Shown piece by piece: positions 48,822-53,323 of a stretch of DNA of 53,323 bases (position 1 is the stretch's first letter; each line of letters begins with the position of its first letter). A model generated the notes under the pieces. That model ran no database searches, was not told where the DNA came from, and worked only from the letters and a program-made list of their open reading frames with translations. The position numbers and the translations under genes were made by a program. This DNA is from Octopus sinensis. Its lineage: Eukaryota. The DNA lies in the NCBI RefSeq assembly GCF_006345805.1, contig NW_021833932.1, positions 1 through 53,323 on the forward strand, written 5' to 3'.

Positions 48822-49630
48822 CACGGGTGTGTGCGTGTGTGTGTGTTTGCACGGGTGTGTGTCGTGTGGTGTGTGCGTGTGGTTTGCACGAGTGTGTGCG
48901 GGTGTGTGTGTGTGTTGTGTTTGCACGAGTGTGTGCGTGTGTGTGTGTGTGTGTGTGTTTGCACGGGAGTGTGCGTGTGTGTGTGTTTGCACGGGTGTGT
49001 GCGTGGTGTGTGTTTTGCACGAGGTGTGCGTGTGTGTGTGTGCGTGTGTGTTTGCACGAGTGTGTGAGTGTGTGTGTGTATGTGTGTTTGCACGAGTGTG
49101 TGCGTGTGTGTGTGTGTGTGTGTGTTTGCACGAGTGTGTGCGCGTGTGTGTGTGTGTGTGTGTTTGCACGAGTGTGTGCGCGTGTGGTGTGTGTGTGTGT
49201 TTGCACGAGTGTGTGCGAGTGTGGTGTGTGTGTGTGTTTTGCACGAGTGTGTGCGCGTGTGTGTGTGTGTTTGCACGAGTGTGTGCGCGTGTGTGTGGGT
49301 GTGTGTGTTTGCACGAGTGTGTGCGTGTGTGTGTGTGTGTGTGTTTGCACGAGTGTGTGCGCGTGTGTGTGTGTGTTGTTTTGCACGAGTGTGGCGTGTG
49401 TGTGTGTGTGTTTGCACGAGTGTGTGCGCGTGTGTGTGTGTGTTTGCACGGTGTGGCGTGGGTGTGTGTGTGTTGCACGAGTGTGTGCGTGTGTGTGTGG
49501 TTTGCACGAGTGTGTGCGTGTGTGTGTGTGTGTGTGCGTGTGTGTTTGCACGAGTGTGTGCGTGTGTATGTGCGTGTGTGCGTGTGTCTTTGCACGAGTG
49601 TGTGCGTGTGTATGTACGTGTGTGCGTGTG
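47930..49630. repeat. 1.7-kb satellite: TTGCACGAG motif interspersed in (GT)n, about 45 units
   Basis: Manual count of about 45 TTGCACG(A/G)G motifs, spaced ~20-60 bp. Confidence 0.95.
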
Positions 49631-49690
49631 TTTAAGCAAGCGAACGGCCGTCACCAAGTCAAACAAGTAAAATCAACAAAAGCACACACG

Positions 49691-49758
<68 letters not shown>

Positions 49759-49781
49759 ACGTAAAGGTATGACAAATCAGA

Positions 49782-49812
<31 letters not shown>

Positions 49813-50385
49813 AGCGACGTTATGCTTATCGCAGAGTCAGTCAACCCCATGGCTAATTGAGAAACGAGACCTGTATGGGTGGGTTTTATATTCAGGTAAG
49901 ATATGTGTCTCAGAGACTAAGAAGAGTCGGTGGAGCAGGAGGGAAGTGTAATAAGAAAAGAAAAAAAAAAGACCAAAAAAAATGTAAAAAAAAAAAAAAA
50001 AAAGAGAATTAAACTGTGCCGGTTGGAGAGGGGGAGTGAACAGGTTAAACAGGTACAGTGTTTTAAGATAACATAATAACAATGACTGTGTGGTGTGTGT
50101 GTGTGTTAGTGAGTGTATATATATATATTTATATATATATATAATATATATATATACACACGCATGCACACAGAAATATTGCGTCATTTCTGTGATGAAA
50201 CTGTTTCTTACTATATCGTGGATTCAGTTCGGGTCTGTTTACATGCGTTACGAATATATATATATATATGTATATGTATGTATAGGCATATGTAGTTATG
50301 TATATCTGTGTGTGTGCATGTATGTATTTATAATGTATTTATGTAATTATGTGCATATATATATCTATATATAAATATATATATT

Positions 50386-50446
<61 letters not shown>

Positions 50447-50534
50447 ATATAATATGTGTGTGTGTGTGTGAGTGTGGTTATATATTATATATAGATAAAA
50501 TTATATATAAATATGTGTCTGTGTGCGCAGTGTG

Positions 50535-50890
50535 TGTGTGGTAAGTAGGTCCGGGTTCAGTCCCACTGCGTGGTTCCTGGGCAAGTGTCTTCTACTATAG
50601 CCTCGGGCCGACCAAAGCCTTGTGAGTGGATTTGGTGGACGGAAACTGAAAGAAGCCCGTCGTATATATGTATATATATATATATGTGTGTATATGTTTG
50701 TGTGTCTGTGTTTGTCTCCCCAACATCGCTTGACAACCGATGTTGGTGTATTTACGTCTCCGTAAATTAGCGGTTCGGCATAAGGGATCGATAGAATAAG
50801 TTCTGGGGTCGATTTGCTCGACTTAGAGGCAGTGCTCCAGCATGGCCACAGTCAAATGACTGAAACTGAAACAAGTAAAAGAGAAAGAGA
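50535..50890 (+). mobile_element. SINE family A, slightly 5'-deleted
   Basis: Matches the family consensus. Confidence 0.88.
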
Positions 50891-51381
50891 AAAGAGAATA
50901 TATAAATATATGTGCGAGTGTGTGTGTGTGTGTGTGTGTGTTGTATAGTGCGATGTAGTGCGTTCACATTTACTGCAACAACAATACCACGCCCATGTCG
51001 TTTTGTTACGTAACCGTGGAAACAAAACATTGTCAACATGAGTGGATGAGTAAGCCAGGTGCGCGGCGTGGGAATTCGCGATGAAAGGAGAGTGCGCCGG
51101 TGGCAGTTAAAAGGAGGAGAGAAGGAGAGAAGAGAGAGAAGAGAGAGGAGAGAGGGGGAGAGGGAGGGGAGGAGACAGGCAGACAGGTAAGCAGACTGAC
51201 TGACTGACGGACTGAGAGAGAAACAGGAAGACAGAATACATATTTTTTTTATTATTATGAGAATCCTCGTTCAATATATACAACAAACCGATGGGCGTGT
51301 AGACAAATAGAAACGAACACACACACACACACACATATACACACACTCCATCTTTTTTTTTAGATACACCCTCTCTGTCGG

Positions 51382-51414
<33 letters not shown>

Positions 51415-51753
51415 ACACACACGCACGCACGCACACACGCACACACACACATTCACATCCAGGCACACTCACACTGTCAAACACAACCTACACATAGGTT
51501 GGCAACCCAGACAAACGATTGGTCAATATTCAACAATGTTTGAATACGTCATTAGGGCGGGAAAGAGAGAAAGCCAAAAAATATTACACAATGATTCTAT
51601 CTAATGTGGTTGTTTCTGCTGGTGGTGGTTGTAGAAGTAGTGGCCATGGTAGTAGCGTCGTTGTTGTTTATAATAACCCTTCTAAAGTCTGACGGAGTCC
51701 GCCCAATCAGCGCGGGATGATGTTTGTTGGTAGTTCTATTGGTCACATTCTAT

Positions 51754-52184
51754 GGATCTTTTCGGTTTGACCGGCAGTTTTTTAAAATAATTTCCACGTA
51801 ACTAAACACTTTTAAACCTCGTATACTGGTAGAATGTGTTTATAAAACATCTTTTTCTCTTGGTTTTATTGAGAAGATTCTATGGTTTGTAAGATATTTC
51901 TTGCTTTTTTTTTCTTCAATTTCTGCAATTTCAACCAATCAATGACGTCTATTGAAATGAAAACATTCTGTGCCGTATGAATATGTCCCTCGTTTAAGAA
52001 ACAGATTGGGTTTATTTACATTTCTGAAGAAAAAAAAAGATACCCTTCCCCCCACCCCTAACCCTAAATAACCCTAACCCTAAAACAGATTGAAATGCAA
52101 TAGATCAATAGTAGGGTCATGATTATGGGTGACAATTTCATATGACACTGCTAGTAAAAACTGCCGTTCAAACCGAAAAGATCC
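51754..52184 (+). mobile_element. MITE M1 copy 9
   Basis: TIRs; flanks TCACATTCTAT / TCACGTTCTAT (11 bp, 1 mismatch). Confidence 0.92.
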
Positions 52185-52909
52185 TCACGTTCTATTGCTA
52201 CTTAACCTCAATGAAGTCATCCTTAATCAAGTAAACTGCGGGTGAGTGTCCCTTAACAGGGAGGTGGAATTCAGTTGGTACAACGGCCTGGGGTCCGAAG
52301 AGTCAAGGAAGGCCCCCGAATACCTGAGAGTCACAACCAGCTCAAATAATTAAACGTCACAACCTGTGGCCTATCATAAGTGTGCACCACCCGGGGACAG
52401 CCCTTGAGTTTTCCGCCCCCACCTCGCTACCCTATACAGGCTTGTGCAGCAGACACAAAAGTACCCTCACCATAAAAGCTTCGCCCAGGGCGGACCACCC
52501 CATAGTCTTACCGTCCCAGTTGCGCGTCTGGTCACAATCCTCTTTGTCTACTAGTTTGCAAAATTTCTCTTGAAGGGCCTGCCTATGATCAAGGCATTCC
52601 AACCATGTCCAACCTGTATTTATTCAGTCATAAAGTATCAAGGACCACATTATCTAACGATATTGCTCTCTCGTAAGGACGGTTAAGCATGTGTTTTGGC
52701 CGTCCTGTGCAGTAGCCAAATTTGTCGCCTCCGTTAAACATAATATACTTTTGACATGTATACACCAACACGTACACAGAGACACATGTATCCTTACATA
52801 ATTCTGGGCAGAATCAGAAAAACACAAAGCGATAAGGTCGCATAATAGGTACAGTTCACCAGACAAGCTTCTATACTTTTTCCGTTCACCTAATGCCATT
52901 TACAAGTGT

Positions 52910-53268
52910 GTGGAGGCCGCAATGGCCAGTGGTTAGGGCAGCGGACTCGCGGTCATAGGATCGCGGTTGCGCTTCCCAGACGGGCGTTGTGAGTGTTTAT
53001 TGAGCGAAAACACTAAAAGCACCGAGGCTCTGGCAGGGGAATGGTGTGGTGATCCCTGCTGTATACTCTTTCACCACAACTTTCTCTCACTCTTACTTCC
53101 TGTTTCTGTCTGTACTGTATTTCAAAGGGCCGGCCTTGTCACTCTCTGTGTCACGCTGAATATCCCGAGATCTACGTTAAGGGTACACGTGTCTGTGGAG
53201 TGCTTAGCCACCTACACGTTAATTTCACGAGCAGGCTGTTCCGTTGATTCGGATCAACCGGAACCCTC
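52910..53268 (+). mobile_element. SINE family R, same subtype as 13415-13805
   Basis: Collinear with 13415-13770, with several 1-nt deletions. Confidence 0.88.
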
Positions 53269-53323
53269 AAGGTATGTGTCAACACGAGGCTATAGAAAAA
53301 TTTTGCCCGAGATTGCCACGCAG

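Noticed and set aside
47930-49630. CRISPR-like repeat/spacer appearance
   Set aside because: The constant motif is only ~9 bp, the spacers are (GT)n rather than unique, there are no cas genes, and the context is eukaryotic.
47877-49951. Long ORFs (690, 584, 566, 564 aa) over the GT satellite
   Set aside because: Stop-free only because the repeat lacks stop codons; open in nearly all frames with VC/HT low complexity.
46500-52500. Shared motif AAAAGTRCC...CCATAAAAGCTTCGCCC at ~46505 and ~52460
   Set aside because: Too short to define an element; likely remnants of an unrecognised old repeat.

Overview
Eukaryotic, AT-rich, microsatellite-saturated non-coding DNA. The tRNA-derived SINE families, TTAGGG repeats and overall style are most consistent with an octopus (coleoid cephalopod) genome; this is an inference, not a database hit. 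No host protein-coding exon could be supported, and nearly all ORFs in the track are translations of (TA)n/(TG)n/(GA)n repeats. The window is a layered mobile-element landscape: three or four tRNA-SINE families; decayed CR1-, RTE-, Tx1/L1- and R4-clade LINE fragments; mariner and Tigger transposase remnants; a Tc2/pogo-type MITE; a Lep1-like rolling-circle element; and a degenerate 28S rRNA fragment. The most notable observations are: (1) a ~200-bp multicopy Penelope-like element carrying a minimal hammerhead-ribozyme motif (4 copies); (2) two unrelated-TIR MITE families with GG termini and 8-bp TSDs (Merlin-like, 9 + 2 copies) sharing an internal (TTAGGG)n module; (3) two SINE-LINE partner pairs visible within the window through shared 3' stem-loops, one with compensatory substitutions and one involving a Tx1/L1-clade LINE; (4) several foldback structures and a 1.7-kb CACGAG-interspersed satellite. 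Family names are assigned from remembered motifs and structural hallmarks only.
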